Shown one piece after another: positions 35,051 through 48,885 of a DNA stretch of 64,000 nucleotides. How positions within the stretch are numbered: position 1 is the first letter of the stretch; each line of letters starts with the position of its first letter. Source of the DNA: Atractiella rhizophila (Eukaryota); the NCBI GenBank assembly GCA_021432655.1, contig MU271190.1, positions 77,866-141,865 on the forward strand. Reading direction: 5' to 3'. A model generated the notes under the pieces. It was not told the origin of the DNA and ran no database searches. It saw only the letters and a program-made list of their open reading frames with translations. A program made the position numbers and the translations under genes.

Positions 35051-38000
35051 TCACAAATTGACCACATCTTTCTGACAAGAATTGCTGACAAATGAATTGC
35101 CTGTATGTGAACTCTAATAACTCAATAGTGTTATTTGGCACACTTCTGAAATGCCCAGAACATCTTTGACCTGGGTGAGGTTTGAGCTCCATGAAAGAGT
35201 ATAGGGGGGAATGGAAAAGACTTCCTGGTCTCCTTCTTGTAAGAGTATATACCTGTGTTCTGGCCCTTTGTCACTTTCATCTACAGCCCTCTGGCTGTGC
35301 TTCAGTATGCCTCCTCCAATTCTAACATTGTAGTTTGAGGAACCCGACTAGAAGTTAGCGCAAAATCTACTCGTAGTCCCCCTCCTGTCCCCTCGTGCAG
35401 TTAAGGCTTGCTTTCTACCCTCTCGTGTCTGGGGACATGGGTAAGGTAAGATAGGTGTTGGAGAGTCGGCTTAATCAAGATTGTAAGGGGACTTGAAAAA
35501 GGTGTGGTTAATACGGTGCTACACCAGAACTTGTACTGTACTGATTTGAAGTCAGCTGAACCGCTGTCTCTCCTCTCATGCACGGTGAGATGATGATTCA
35601 TACACGTGAGATGATGACTGTTAATGATTGACAACGGGCACGCGGCCAAACAACCCACGTATTCTCTTAAGTTAGGAAATTTACCGCCTGAAAAGCAGTC
35701 ACCATGGTAGAGAGCAAGTCATTGAGCTTGAAGAACATCCTGCAAAATGGCGATGGTGATGACTTGATCAATTTGCAAGACTTCAATGGCCATTTGGACG
35801 AAACTGAAGGAGAAGCATCCACCTCTCACATGACAGAGGGATATTGCGTCGAATGTGAAGGTATGTCTATCTAAGCCTCCAAAAGGAGAGGATGCTCAAG
35901 CTTTGGACCAAGACCAGCCAGCTGAGATACACTGCGAGACATGCGAGGATAGTTACTGCTCTGTCGTGCGTCCTTCCTCCTTTCCAATACTTCGGTTTAG
36001 CAAGCTGAATGGCGTATGGCCCTAAGTGTTTTCAAAGCCAACATCGCAAAGGGAAGCGAGCAAAGCATGCCACCCGATTGCTCGTCCCAACTACAGTCAC
36101 CAAAAATATCTCCTCGCAGGTATCTCAGACAAATGGCCATTCATCCTCGAAGAAAGAAGAAGATGCGGAAGAGATGGACACGGACTCCTCTGACGACGAA
36201 TTAGAAGCTTCGTACCAACACGCCTCTGTACCTACTCTACCATCGGTCTCCAACACAGCGACAACAAAACATGCGCAGTCGCCGGCCTCCTTTGTCGAGC
36301 GAGCGAAATACATACCAATCCGTCTCACTCTCACGGAGCGCAAAATGCTTCGTCTCCTCGAGGCGGCTCTTTCGGTTTCGGAATATACTGATAAAGTGGA
36401 TATTATGCTGTGGGGTAAGAGCAGGACGAAGAGGATCGTGGCGCAGGTGAAGGAGATTTGTAGCATAATTTCTGGACTTTTAGTAGCAGCCGACTATTCC
36501 CAAGGACAGGAGCTTTTTCGTGCCTTTTCCTCGCTCATCTCACCTCACATTGACGTTTACAAGCAATGCAGAGTCTCGAGATTTCGCAAAGAACGCCTCT
36601 TTCTACCAGCGTATATTCGAGATTGGTCGTCGACACAAGATCATGAATCCGGAGAAGATGCGGACCACCTACTTGAAGCTGATGTATATGTTGCAAGACT
36701 CCCTCGATCCCGAGATCGCAGAGATGCTCGAGTTCTCCACCTTCACTCCAATAAAGACCGTATACACAACTTTAGACGAGCTCAACTGCTTGCCGTTGCT
36801 TGAGGAAGAAACCCTCGCAACCGCGACGCAGGAGATCCTGTCTGCTGGACGGTCCAGGAGAGAGGTCCAATCTTCGATTCGGGCGAAGGAGCGAGCAATA
36901 GAACGGCTGTCTACAAAGTACGCTAGATTGAGTGAGGCGGATGAAGAACTGGTGAAGACCTGCATCTACTCGATAGGGGACAACAACGCCTTTCTGCGAG
37001 TGAACCGGGATCCGTGCCTCAAGCTCATTGAGTGGCTGAAGAAGTTCTTCCATCCCACCACGGCAGTAGAAGGGAGGAATCTCAGCATCAGGGCAGGAAA
37101 GAATGGCGCGCGATTGACCCATGGCCATGAGAGACAGTACGCTTATTGTCTCCAAAGTCTCACGCTGTGGTCTCAGATCCTCGAGAGTTCGTCCGTTCTC
37201 ACAAAGTCGTTCTACCATTGATGCTATGATGCGCGTGATAGACATGTTCGAGCTATGGTCGCTCGCTGAATCCGACCTCCTCTCTGACAAAATATTCTAT
37301 CGCTTGAAGGACACTGGACAGGGATTGAACAGAGTGCAAGCGGCACCAAAGACGAGCAGGAAGATGCATGAGATCTTGCACAAGGCTCAGAGCAGTGTGA
37401 AAGTATTTCGAACCAGAGAGAGAGAGTAGAAAATATCATCGATAAGAGGGAGACGGTAGGCATCTTTTTTATGACAGAATTAAGGGCACTGTAGTTGATG
37501 CAGAACCACCAAGAGCCATTGCTTTTGGTGATGAGGATGACAGGAGAGGAGTATGGTGACTGGGAGTGTTTGATGATGCCTTGGTCAAGCATGTTGTACA
37601 CTTGCTTGTTGATCTCCCATTGTTTCATAAAATTGGCACAATGGGCTCTGGCTGAGGGTGGTAGCTTCCTGTCTCCAATTCCGATTCTAAACTCCACCTC
37701 TCTCGTCGTTCCCAGCTCCTCTAATCATTTCACAAATTGACCACATCTTTCTGACAAGAATTGCTGACAAATGAATTGCCTGTATGTGAACTCTAATAAC
37801 TCAATAGTGTTATTTGGCACACTTCTGAAATGCCCAGAACATCTTTGACCTGGGTGAGGTTTGAGCTCCATGAAAGAGTATAGGGGGGAATGGAAAAGAC
37901 TTCCTGGTCTCCTTCTTGTAAGAGTATATACCTGTGTTCTGGCCCTTTGTCACTTTCATCTACAGCCCTCTGGCTGTGCTTCAGTATGCCTCCTCCAATT

Positions 38001-40081
38001 CTAACATTGTAGTTTGAGGAACCCGACTAGAAGTTAGCGCAAAATCTACTCGTAGTCCCCCTCCTGTCCCCTCGTGCAGTTAAGGCTTGCTTTCTACCCT
38101 CTCGTGTCTGGGGACATGGGTAAGGTAAGATAGGTGTTGGAGAGTCGGCTTAATCAAGATTGTAAGGGGACTTGAAAAAGGTGTGGTTAATACGGTGCTA
38201 CACCAGAACTTGTACTGTACTGATTTGAAGTCAGCTGAGCCGCTGTCTCTCCTCTCATGCACGGTGAGATGATGATTCATACACGTGAGATGATGACTGT
38301 TAATGATTGACAACGGGCACGCGGCCAAACAACCCACGTATTCTCTTAAGTTAGGAAATTTACCGCCTGAAAAGCAGTCACCATGGTAGAGAGCAAGTCA
38401 TTGAGCTTGAAGAACATCCTGCAAAATGGCGATGGTGATGACTTGATCAATTTGCAAGACTTCAATGGCCATTTGGACGAAACTGAAGAAGGAGAAGCGT
38501 CCACCTCTCACATTACAGAGGGATATTGCGTCGAATGTGAAGGTATGTCTATCTAAGCCTCCAAAAGGAGAGGATGCTCAAGCTTTGGACCAAGACCAGC
38601 CAGCTGAGATACACTGCGAGACATGCGAGGATAGTTACTGCTCTGTCGTGCGTCCTTCCTCCTTTCCAATACTTCGGTTTAGCAAGCTGAATGGCGTATG
38701 GCCCTAAGTGTTTTCAAAGCCAACATCGCAAAGGGAAGCGAGCAAAGCATGCCACCCGATTGCTCGTCCCAACTACAGTCACCAAAAATATCTCCTCGCA
38801 GGTATCTCAGACAAATGGCCATTCATCCTCGAAGAAAGAAGAAGATGCGGAAGAGATGGACACGGACTCCTCTGACGACGAATTAGAAGCTTCGTACCAA
38901 CACGCCTCTGTACCTACTCTACCATCGGTCTCCAACACAGCGACAACAAAACATGCGCAGTCGCCGGCCTCCTTTGTCGAGCGAGCGAAATACATACCAA
39001 TCCGTCTCACTCTCACGGAGCGCAAAATGCTTCGTCTCCTCGAGGCGGCTCTTTCGGTTTCGGAATATACTGATAAAGTGGATATTATGCTGTGGGGTAA
39101 GAGCAGGACGAAGAGGATCGTGGCGCAGGTGAAGGAGATTTGTAGCATAATTTCTGGACTTTTAGTAGCAGCCGACTATTCCCAAGGACAGGAGCTTTTT
39201 CGTGCCTTTTCCTCGCTCATCTCACCTCACATTGACGTTTACAAGCAATGCAGAGTCTCGAGATTTCGCAAAGAACGCCTCTTTCTACCAGCGTATATTC
39301 GAGATTGGTCGTCGACACAAGATCATGAATCCGGAGAAGATGCGGACCACCTACTTGAAGCTGATGTATATGTTGCAAGACTCCCTCGATCCCGAGATCG
39401 CAGAGATGCTCGAGTTCTCCACCTTCACTCCAATAAAGACCGTATACACAACTTTAGACGAGCTCAACTGCTTGCCGTTGCTTGAGGAAGAAACCCTCGC
39501 AACCGCGACGCAGGAGATCCTGTCTGCTGGACGGTCCAGGAGAGAGGTCCAATTTTCGATTCGGGCGAAGGAGCGAGCAATAGAACGGCTGTCTACAAAG
39601 TACGCGAGATTGAGTGGGGCGGATGAAGAACTGGTGAAGACCTGCATCTACTCATTAGGGGACAACAACGCCTTTCTGCGAGTGAACCGGGATCCGTGCC
39701 TCAAGCTCATTGAGTGGCTGAAGAAGTTCTTCCATCCCACTACGGCCGTAGAAGGGAGGAATCTCAGCATCAGGGCAGGAAAGAATGGCGCGCGATTGAC
39801 CCATGGCCATGAGAGACAGTATGCTTATTGTCTCCAAAGTCTCACGCTGTGGTCTCAGATCCTCGAGAGTTCGTCCGTTCTCACAAAGTCATTCTACCAT
39901 TGATGCTATGATGCGCGTGATAGACATGTTCGAGCTATGGTCGCTCGCTGAATCCGACCTCCTCTCTGACAAAATATTCTATCGCATGAAGGACACTGGA
40001 CAGGGATTGAACAGAGTGCAAGCGGCACCAAAGACGAGCAGGAAGATGCATGAGATCTTGCACAAGGCTCAGAGCAGTGTG
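34722..40081 (+). repeat. Near-identical tandem duplication, ~2.68-kb unit (34722-37399 / 37401-40081)
   Basis: Both units start aagtatttcgaaccagagag and end caaggctcagagcagtgtg; roughly 15 substitutions and one 3-bp indel by eye. Confidence 0.95.
35704..37399 (+). pseudogene. 3'-truncated duplicate of the B-box/DUF2009 gene
   Basis: Same exons as 38383-40081, but runs into RT-relic sequence after ...HKAQSSV. Confidence 0.8.
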
Positions 40082-40705
40082 GGATACTGGGTTGGGAGCA
40101 GCGTCATTCATATGGGAGATCACAACGTTCCTAATTCGCACGTAGGTCTCCGTCACCGCCTTCGTAATACGTTTCGAACTTGGTGTTAGTTCTTCCTCGA
40201 CAAATATTCCCAAATCTACCGAATCTGTCTGCCCGTTTGTAACGTTCTCGACCAAATTCCAAAGATGATGGAGAACCCATCCATTCGACGGTACATTGAG
40301 GTACGCTTTTCCACCTCCCCCTTCTCTCACGCTAACCTGTTGATGGTTCGTGAATAGTCCGAGTTCGGATCGGACGGTCAACTGTACGTCGACATCTTAG
40401 GAGACTTCTTCCGACACGCTTTCGACGGTGTGCCTCTCATCCTTTACATGCTCCTTTCCTCCGCTAACCCAGAGATCAGGGAGCGGAGCGGACAATTTCT
40501 TCGATGCCGGATCATGCATTGACGGTAGGTCATCCTTCCTCTCTCATTTCTCATGTTTCGATGTAATGTCTGACTGACATGATTCGTGGATGGGGCGGTA
40601 GGACGGCTGACGTCGGCTTGGGATTGGTGCTCCAAGCTAGAGAAGAAGAAATACTTTCCCATCTTCCAGCTCGCAAGCTTCAACTCCTTCGATGGAGACT
40701 GGTAG
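38383..40705 (+). CDS. UPF0652/DUF2009 family protein with N-terminal B-box zinc finger, multi-exon
   Basis: CVECEDQPAEIHCETCEDSYCSVCFQSQH (B-box); ERAKYIPIRLT, FEIGRRHKIMNPEKMR, KDTGQGLNRVQ, WVGSSVIHMGDHNVPN, GSGADNFFDAGSCIDGRLTSAWDWCS. Confidence 0.88.
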
Positions 40706-41012
40706 ATAGACCTTTACACTGTAGAACTTTTCTTCAGAAGTCTAATGATTCCCGAAATCAGATTACAGTATATACCTTGGCATAGGTGATAGAAATGACC
40801 ATTTGGAATACACACAATCTTTTTCAAGTACTAAAGATCAGTAAAAATGACAAGCAATGCAACAAACAAACCGGGTATGATATACAGCGAAAGTAAAGTG
40901 AAACGGTACCCAAATGAAACGCTGAACAAAATCCCATCAACGACTGCTTCGGTGCAGCTGAACGCGGACCCATAACCAATAACGCGGCTCTCTCCAATAG
41001 CACCCCCTCCGC

Positions 41013-42817
41013 CTACTGCCACGCTGCAGAATATGACGCTCCCCTCCTCGCAATCGCCCGTCGCGGGATAGTTCCACCACTGCTCTGTCTCCTGACGTGA
41101 GACTGGCGCTGCAAGAGCGGCGCGTCCGACCTTAGGTCCTGACTATTCTCCCTCCTCGTCCTCGGACGCTCCCAATTGGCCGTCCGAGATGGAGAGGAGG
41201 GGAGAAGCGGCGCGTTCGAGTCTGCGGCCTGGGAATGGTACGTAGTAGCAGAAGGGGATCCATCTTCTCGGCCTTGGTGCTGACGTTCGAAGTGAGAGGA
41301 GGGCGGAGGTAGATAGTAGTAGGAAGAGGAGGAGCGACGCACGTTCGGTGACTCTCGTGTAGGATGCGAGGGGGGATGAGAGCCGATGATCGCATCAAGA
41401 GAACGGGGGTGCTGATCCGCTTCCTCCTCTCCGGACGAGGCGGCGCCAGCTTCTGCCGCATCATCTTCATGGGTAGCGGGATCGAAATGGGCCCAAGCAT
41501 CCCTCCCTCCGCCTAATGCAGGCGAAGGTGCCGCGCCAACCTTCCCCATCGTTGCAGGGACCGTGGCAGGCGGTACGAAAGGCGGCAAGACGGGATCAGC
41601 CCAACCTCTCCCCTTAAATGAAGTCTTTTCACTCTCATCCATCCCACGCTTCATCTCCGCGTACCCCCTTCCCCTTCTCATTCCACCTCCTCCGCCGACA
41701 CCGGCACCAGCGCCACGTTGGATTAGGAAACCCTCCCATTCCGCCCGGCGAGAGTCCCAGCCACGACGGTTCCTGTAGAGGTAGAGGAGAGAGAAGAGGA
41801 GGAGGATCCCGCTTACGCCTCCAAGGATGGAGCCGACGAGGACAGCTGTGTGGGGAGATGATGTGGAAGAGGTGGAAGTTTGTGGTGGGGCCGACGGAGT
41901 GCTGGTGGTGGTGGAGAGGACGTGAGCCGTTTGGGAAGGGGATATGAGGAGCGATGTTGCGGAAGAATGCGACGCGCCAGAGAGATGACTACTTGTGCTC
42001 GACAGCGCCGTGGTAGACGCAACGGAGGATGCGTGCGGGGAGGACGAAGGCTGTTGGATTGAGGATTGGGATGATAGACTTGAAGGAACCACCTTGGTCG
42101 ACCGTGATGAAGCTGAAGTCAATCCTGATGTTGCCTTTGAGATGACAGCTTCTGAAGAGGTCTGGGAAAGCATCTCATGCCACCGCTGGAGGATATAGCT
42201 CGAGTTGGCACCATCATTGCAACCGATGCAGTCTTGTTCGTCTCCGTCATCCCAAAGTTCTTCCCTCTCCTCTCCTGCGTCGACCTCTTCCGTCGATCGT
42301 TCAACCCCATCGCCTTCACCATCTGGTGAGGAAGAATTGGATGGTATCACGTCGAAATCGTCTGGACACTCCCCCGTCAGATCGGAGCAGAAGCTAGTCC
42401 ACCATCAGCCACTCTGGGTCCTTTCATGGCGAGGAGACGAAGAAGGAAAAGAGAAAGACAAACCCAATGGTAGAGTTGGCGGGATAGTCGATTCGCCATT
42501 CGCACTCCTCTCCATGGCAAGGCACGAGTTCTGACCACCTACCCCGTCCATCCACATCAACTCTCAACATTCCCATATTTCCATGCAGGAGAGTGGAAGA
42601 GAATAACGCACCAAACGTCGCCCTCGAAATACACCTGGAGATTCCACTTTGGATGCTCCCTGGCTGCTTCGCTGTGGTCTCGGATTGTGGTGTTCTCACA
42701 CTGTATGAGTGGCTGGGGGACGTCCAGCGCTGACAGGGAAGGTTGTGAGAGAAGCAAAAGTAAGAGTATGAAGGGTATTAAAGCGTGAGTACTGCTGTGG
42801 TATCGTAAGGTCATCAT
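41013..42817 (-). CDS. Single-pass membrane protein with signal peptide and Ser/Thr-rich stalk (Mid2/Wsc-like architecture); 5' exons approximate
   Basis: Hydrophobic leader (LIPFILLLLLLSQPSLSA), S/T-rich tract, TM AVLVGSILGGVSGILLLFSLLYLY followed by RNRR, disordered tail. Confidence 0.65.
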
Positions 42818-43313
42818 CGTCGTTACATGCTCTCCAAGTCCAAGTTACGTCATCGCCGCTCACAACAACATAGTTTCGGATTGGGCATTTGACATTGCAG
42901 TATTGGGATACGAAGATCCAAAGAGAGAGGGGAAGATAGACAATGAGATTTTGACTTGAGGCCAAGATATCCCCAATCACACAGAAATGAGCACGATGAA
43001 ATTTAGTTGAAATTTAGTATGATGTGATTGGGGGAAGAAAATTGGGATTCCCAGGTGCTCCTTCAAAGACCGGAAGTGCGGAAAGAGCCAGATTGTTTGC
43101 CCCTGCATTCGGAACGCGCGGCAAACAAGTCAACACACTTAATTTCTCACATCTCTTCAATCCGTCAACATGAGCGATGGTACGCTATGACCATCCACCT
43201 TCCACAACACGAAGCACACAGAGAACGCTCAACAGGCTTTGTCATATTGTGGAGAAGAGTCTGAAAGAGAGTGTGGAAAATGCAAGGGCGGCGAAGCGAC
43301 CGTGTTGATAAAG

Positions 43314-44400
43314 ATGCTCATCAACATCCCGATCCTTGGTGGCCTCTTGCAATGCTGTCCGGCTACAAACAAAGCAAGAACTTCGTCGGACATCAATTTT
43401 ATCTGCTTAGGATGGACTCGCGGATTCTCCGTCCTGCTACGAGAAGTTTTGCGAGTTGGGGGAATTTTATTACCAATGTTCATTCGCGCATGTGAGTGTT
43501 TCCGTGATATTGGCCTGTCCCTGTACACATTATATTGAGGTTCATCGTCTGGGTTGCACATTTCGCAAAGGCAAGCGTCGTACGCGGCGAGTATCAAAAC
43601 AACCGTCGCCATCATCCTTCGCAGGCAAGCGCTGATAAAGAATGGCTCGATCCTTATCCAAAAGATCACTTTCGAGCGAAGCAAAGCGTAAGCAACTAAT
43701 GGAAACCTTGCACAATTGAATGTTGTGATAGGCGCTGGTTCGCGACCGCATTCGCTGCACTATAGGTAAGATGTTGCTGACCTGTCAGGATAGGGATGCA
43801 GCTATTGGACGCACTGAGTGCGCTCACATCTGCTTGGAATTAATGAACGATGAGGCGAAGGTACGCTATGACGTTCCACCTTCCGTTCACGTCTTGAGTC
43901 TGACGTAGGTTAAACACGCCTCCAACTTTTGGATGGTTCTAAAATCCTTTGGATATTCTGAAATACAGGAGGAGCTAGAGGGAAGAAATGTCCACCGTCT
44001 CAGCAACGTTATCGCTCTAGATTCATCACTACGGATTGGGTTGACAACCTCAAAGTGTGGCTTCAACCAACGGTCAGTATCCAAGGTCAAAACATGGTTA
44101 TCCATAGCTCATAAATGATTGAACCAGGGCGAACCCGGTGTATACGACGTTGGTGCACGTAACGAACGACTCGTATTCCGCAACCACAGGTTTCCTCGTC
44201 AAGTCCGCATCACTAGCCAGGTTCCCCAACTGGAACTGCCGAATCCAAAGTACCTGACGTTCCATGCTGCTTGCTGTCAAACCGCGAATCTTTCAGGCCT
44301 TACAGACTATCTCGGTTGGATGGAGAGTGATCATCTGCCTTCCAGTCTCGTTTCTATGAATGGAGAGCTTACAAATTCTGGTGGCTCGTCTTTATGACAT
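43314..44400 (+). pseudogene. HNH_2-type endonuclease relic
   Basis: ALVRDRIRC, TECAHI, VHRLSNVIALDSSL, frameshift near 44035 to DNLKVWLQPT, then LELPNPKYLTFHAACCQTANLSG. Confidence 0.7.
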
Positions 44401-44949
44401 GCAAAGGTCACGCCAGGGGAAATCTTGATGACTTCAGGTGTGTGAATTCTTCTGTAGCCCCAGCTCTCATTTTGAGACGCTGAAAATGTGCTCAACCTGC
44501 TTGAAACAGGTAATATGTTTACCTTAAGCGGACAAGTGACGGCCAAGGTTGAAAATACAGCGTATTAATGATAATAGTTGTAATATTATTATTTGCGCTT
44601 TAATCTTCTTGCAAACCACGACTGTCATGATGATGACAAGAAATACGGTCCGCTTCCTTCCATTTGCAAACAACCAACAAGAGGTATCGACAGCTCTTCC
44701 TGGCTAGACCTGATGCGCCAAGCCCTGAGTGGATCTTTTGTTATACATCTCGCTTTCATGTGAAAATACCGAGAAATATGCTCGCTCTCCATAAAATGGA
44801 GGTCACCTCCACTGCCACTCCTTTCGCCTTTTCATCGCTTTATCCATCAATCTATCCGTACATCTTCCTCAACAGGTGCTATTCTATTATTGTAATGACA
44901 GTACAAAAAAGATGCACTTTGGCGCTGAACTTGCCTGGGCAACCTCACA

Positions 44950-45840
44950 ATCCCAACCAAGAACCTTGCCTTCGTACTCCATGCATCGAGGATGTGAGTC
45001 TTCCCTCCGCCAACATTCCATCCACTCACACCCTTACAGGTCAAAATCGAGACGCGCAAGGTTCTCAATGCCCAAGAACTTGCCGGAGACCAGCCTGCTT
45101 TCCCTTCCTTCCCCTTTCCAACTAACCAACTACTAGTCGAAGCCGATTGAAATGGATGGACGTAGACGGATGCAAGATCACCGTCTCCCCTAGAAAGAAA
45201 AAAGGGGATCTCTGGTTCCGATGTTCACTATCTCAAACAAGGAAAGATCGAAATTTCATTGTCAAAGATCAATGGTCTTGGGGTATGAAACTGCTGGCTT
45301 AGTCGTCACTGGTACTTCTCCTTCTCCTCTTCCACCTCTCATTCGCTTGGCCAAACAAAGTCACGCACTCGGACCCAAAATCTCGCTTCATAAGAAGGGA
45401 TATTGCGTCGCCCTTGAGCCTGGAGAGATCTATAGGACGTTTTACGACTGCAAGGTGGGAAAGTCCGAGCTGTGGCCGTCCGTCGAGTTCGCCGCTATCC
45501 TCATTTCATGAGTTCTCCTCTCCCTCCTCTCTCCTCTTTGTGGTACCCACTGACTACCCTGGATGGAGCCCTGTGTAAGTCCTCCGCCTCTCCCTCTCCT
45601 CCCTCCTATTGCTGACTTATCCTTTCTGTTATCAAAGTGCCAACAAACTTCCTGACGTGAAAACTCTACCTTCATGGAAAATCTGGTATGACGATATCGA
45701 CTGCTGCCGTAATAACAGAATGTCCATCTCCTCAGAAGACAAGTGTTGATCAAGCCGCTCTCTGTGGCCATTCAAAGTGTGGCAGGCATGGGGGGGGGGA
45801 AGCTCGGTTGAGCGTCACCATCTTCGGTTCGTCTACCTCC
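44950..45840 (+). pseudogene. Sorbitol/xylitol dehydrogenase (Zn-dependent MDR) relic
   Basis: NLAFVL, GISGSDVHY, MVLGYETAG, VALEPG, EPLSVA-like fragments with frameshifts. Confidence 0.75.
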
Positions 45841-47179
45841 CCTCCTACCCTGCTTCTTTATCCTTAAAATATTGGCCGTGAGCTTCAGCATTAAAAATTG
45901 GAGAAGACAATATCAGAATTCCTGAGAAGACCAGTACCAAGTACAAGATGGAACACATACCTCTGACAAGGAATGGGAAGTTTGTTGGGATATCTTTGCC
46001 ATCTCCATTTTCTCCCATTTGATATGTCACTTTGATGTCGGTGCAGCTTGTCGCACTTTGTAGCGAGGATGAGGAGAGGAATGGCATGGGAGAGGAATGG
46101 TATACAAGATCCTACACCCGAGCTCGTTTGACAACTCTCCATTAGGTTCAAAGGAAATAATAAGAATCGGGAGGAGCGAGAGAATTTTCAGCCGTGCACA
46201 TGCTCTATTCAGGGTGAGGCGTCAAGCTAACAAGGAGGGGAAGTTCTCGCATCGTATGCCTTAGAGGTGAAGGAAAGCAAACCAAATGGAGGAAGTTAGA
46301 TTCACAGAGTGAAGAGATGATGGAGGATAAAGGGCTTTCACCAGTTGTCGCGTTTACAGCATCCGACATATTGTGCCTGTTCAGATAGTGCGATGGGAAG
46401 GATACCGAAGTATCAGGACACCATAAATTCCATTTTCCGTTCCTCATAATTTCAGATATTGACGGTCATGTAATCTTTAAGGCATTTGATGAAAAGAATC
46501 CATTCGTGGGCTAAGTATACGTTACGTTCATACAAAACTCCTTGCATGTGTAGAGTTCTCAGACTCTTCTTTCCATATACGCCACAGCATGCCAGCGACA
46601 GAACGTGATTCAAGAGACGTACCTTCATATTCTATCTTTTTTTGAGTCGACCACCCACTAATCCTACGAGCCGCTGAGCTCCAGAACACACAGTGATTTC
46701 TGCCGGCCTTCACACTGCACACTCTCTCTTGTCTCGCAAACCCAGCTCCACAGGCATTCGTTAAGGGCAAAACTTGAACATCCATTTTCAACTCCTCATC
46801 CTCGTGAGTCCATCCCACGATCCCGCAGAGCCAACGGACGGATGTTGCGGAACTGAACCACTCCAGGCAGTAGGGTAGGTACGATTTTCAGCTTAATGGT
46901 ATTCTAACGTTGTGTGTGGAAAGACCGCGTGTGAATGGGCTTGAAGATTCCACGCAACCGCTGAGTGGGAGGTGTCGAGCACAAGGGAGGCGAGCTTTGG
47001 AAGGTACGGTACATTGAATAGCGGGGAGGGATGGACGGATGGCATTGTCCCGAATGAATTCCAGCCCTGATCCTAGTCACCCATTTTCAATGTTGCATTA
47101 GATGTAGAGGGAACTGAACTGAGCACCTTTCTCACGTGTCTTCTCTAGAACACGAGTGGCAATCTGAGTATCTCCAGCA

Positions 47180-48885
47180 TCACTCCTCCCCACCCTCCCG
47201 AACGATTCTATATGCACCCTTCTTGCTCACCCCAACCTCTTTCAAGGTACTCCTTGCCTTGCATATCTCGTCCTCAAGCCACCCCCCAAAGAATAACTGA
47301 ACCATAAAGACGGGTGCTCTCGTCGTCTTCACCTTTTCAGCACCATCCACCGTATCCCCCTCCTCCTTCACCCCCCTGTACCCAAAGAACCAGCAGATGA
47401 ACTCTGAGAATACGAACCCTGTGAATCCCCAGTCCACCACACAATACCGAACTTCTATCATTTCTATCGCTTTTGCATTTCTGAGGGTGTGGAAGAACTG
47501 GGGGGAAACGAGGTTGGAAGTTTCCTCACCACCGTCGAGTTTAAGGTATCTGAGATGTTTGAGGTGTGATAGGTCGAGCGGAGTTGGTAGGATGGAGGTC
47601 TTTCCATCCGGCAAGTAGGGGGCGAGGGTGATCTGGAGCCTATCTAGAAGAGGCGGTAGACAGGAGCCTGAGACGGAGGGGGGGGAGGGGACACAGTTTG
47701 GAGAGATACAAATCCGTGAGGGTGAGTGGGAGAGAGAGCAATGGGAGAGGCGGGTATGTGTGAAGCAATAGACTTTTGAGGCCAGATGATAATTGAAGGC
47801 CTCGTGATGTCGACGAGGTAGAGTCATCCACGTCCCAAGCTCGCAACAATCTGATCGTGTCACCGATCCTCCACATAAAATTCTCGACCTCATCCTTCTT
47901 CCACTTTCTCCAACCTCGCCTTGCAAATCTTACGTCATGCAGCCTCGTCAAGCCTTCAATCGCATGCAACACAATCTTTGCCTCCTCTTCATTCCAAATT
48001 GCGCTCATCTCTATCTCCGTTACATTCGGTGCGCCCGCGATGACGTCTTTCGCCATCTCAACGCTGATGTCATCGTCAAACGAGAGAAATGTCCACAAAA
48101 CGCCCAGCATTAGGATAAGCTGTCAAACCAGCATGCTTCTCCTTCACAGGAACATGTATACTCGAATATGGGGCTGAAACAGCCTTCCAAAGCTGACACA
48201 CCGCAGAAAGTTGCTGGAAGGAAAAAAGACTTTTGCTTTGGCTAAGTGAAAGGAAATCGAAGATGAGAGAGAGAATCTCGGTAGGCAGCTGTGTGATACT
48301 GCATAAACGAATACCTGTAGGTCGAGTTGTGGAGAGGGAGAGTTGGATGGTTGTCCCCAGACCGGTGGATGGGATGGTTGATTCCTCCCATTCGCTGAGA
48401 GGAATGAAACGCCATTTCTCGTTGGAGTATAGGGCAACGGGTTCAAAGAGGACCTGAGAGCGATTATCGGGAAGATGAATAGTGCATGTGAAGGGTTTCC
48501 GAGACAGGCGCTCCAATTCCACGGATGCATGATATTTGGCATCCCCAAAAGTCACCGCAATACTTTCCTCCTCCAACGCGATGCATAAACTCCCTGTACC
48601 GTCGGGTTCGACTTCATTTTCGAGACCTGCCAGAGAGAAGTAGGATGATTTCGACGGCCCATAACCCTTGCTCCAGAAGTCAATAGGCAAGACAAATGTG
48701 ATCCGGAGCATGTAAATTGATGGAGGTAGGCGAGAAAGGAAAGAGGAGAGAATGGAGAGGTGGATCGGAGTGCCATGTTCTAACAGTACTGGGGTAATGA
48801 GATGGACCAGTGCGATGGACTCTGTCCCCTGATCATCCTTGCATGAAATCGATGTTTTTCTTCTTTTCATTCTTGGAGATAACAC
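47180..48885 (-). pseudogene. F-box/LRR-like paralog, frameshifted near 48100 and 47680
   Basis: ITQLPTEILSLIFDFL...LSAVCQLWKAVS; protein split across three overlapping ORFs. Confidence 0.8.

Noticed and set aside
45850..46900. Possible minus-strand gene fragments
   Set aside because: No supportable motif or gene model.
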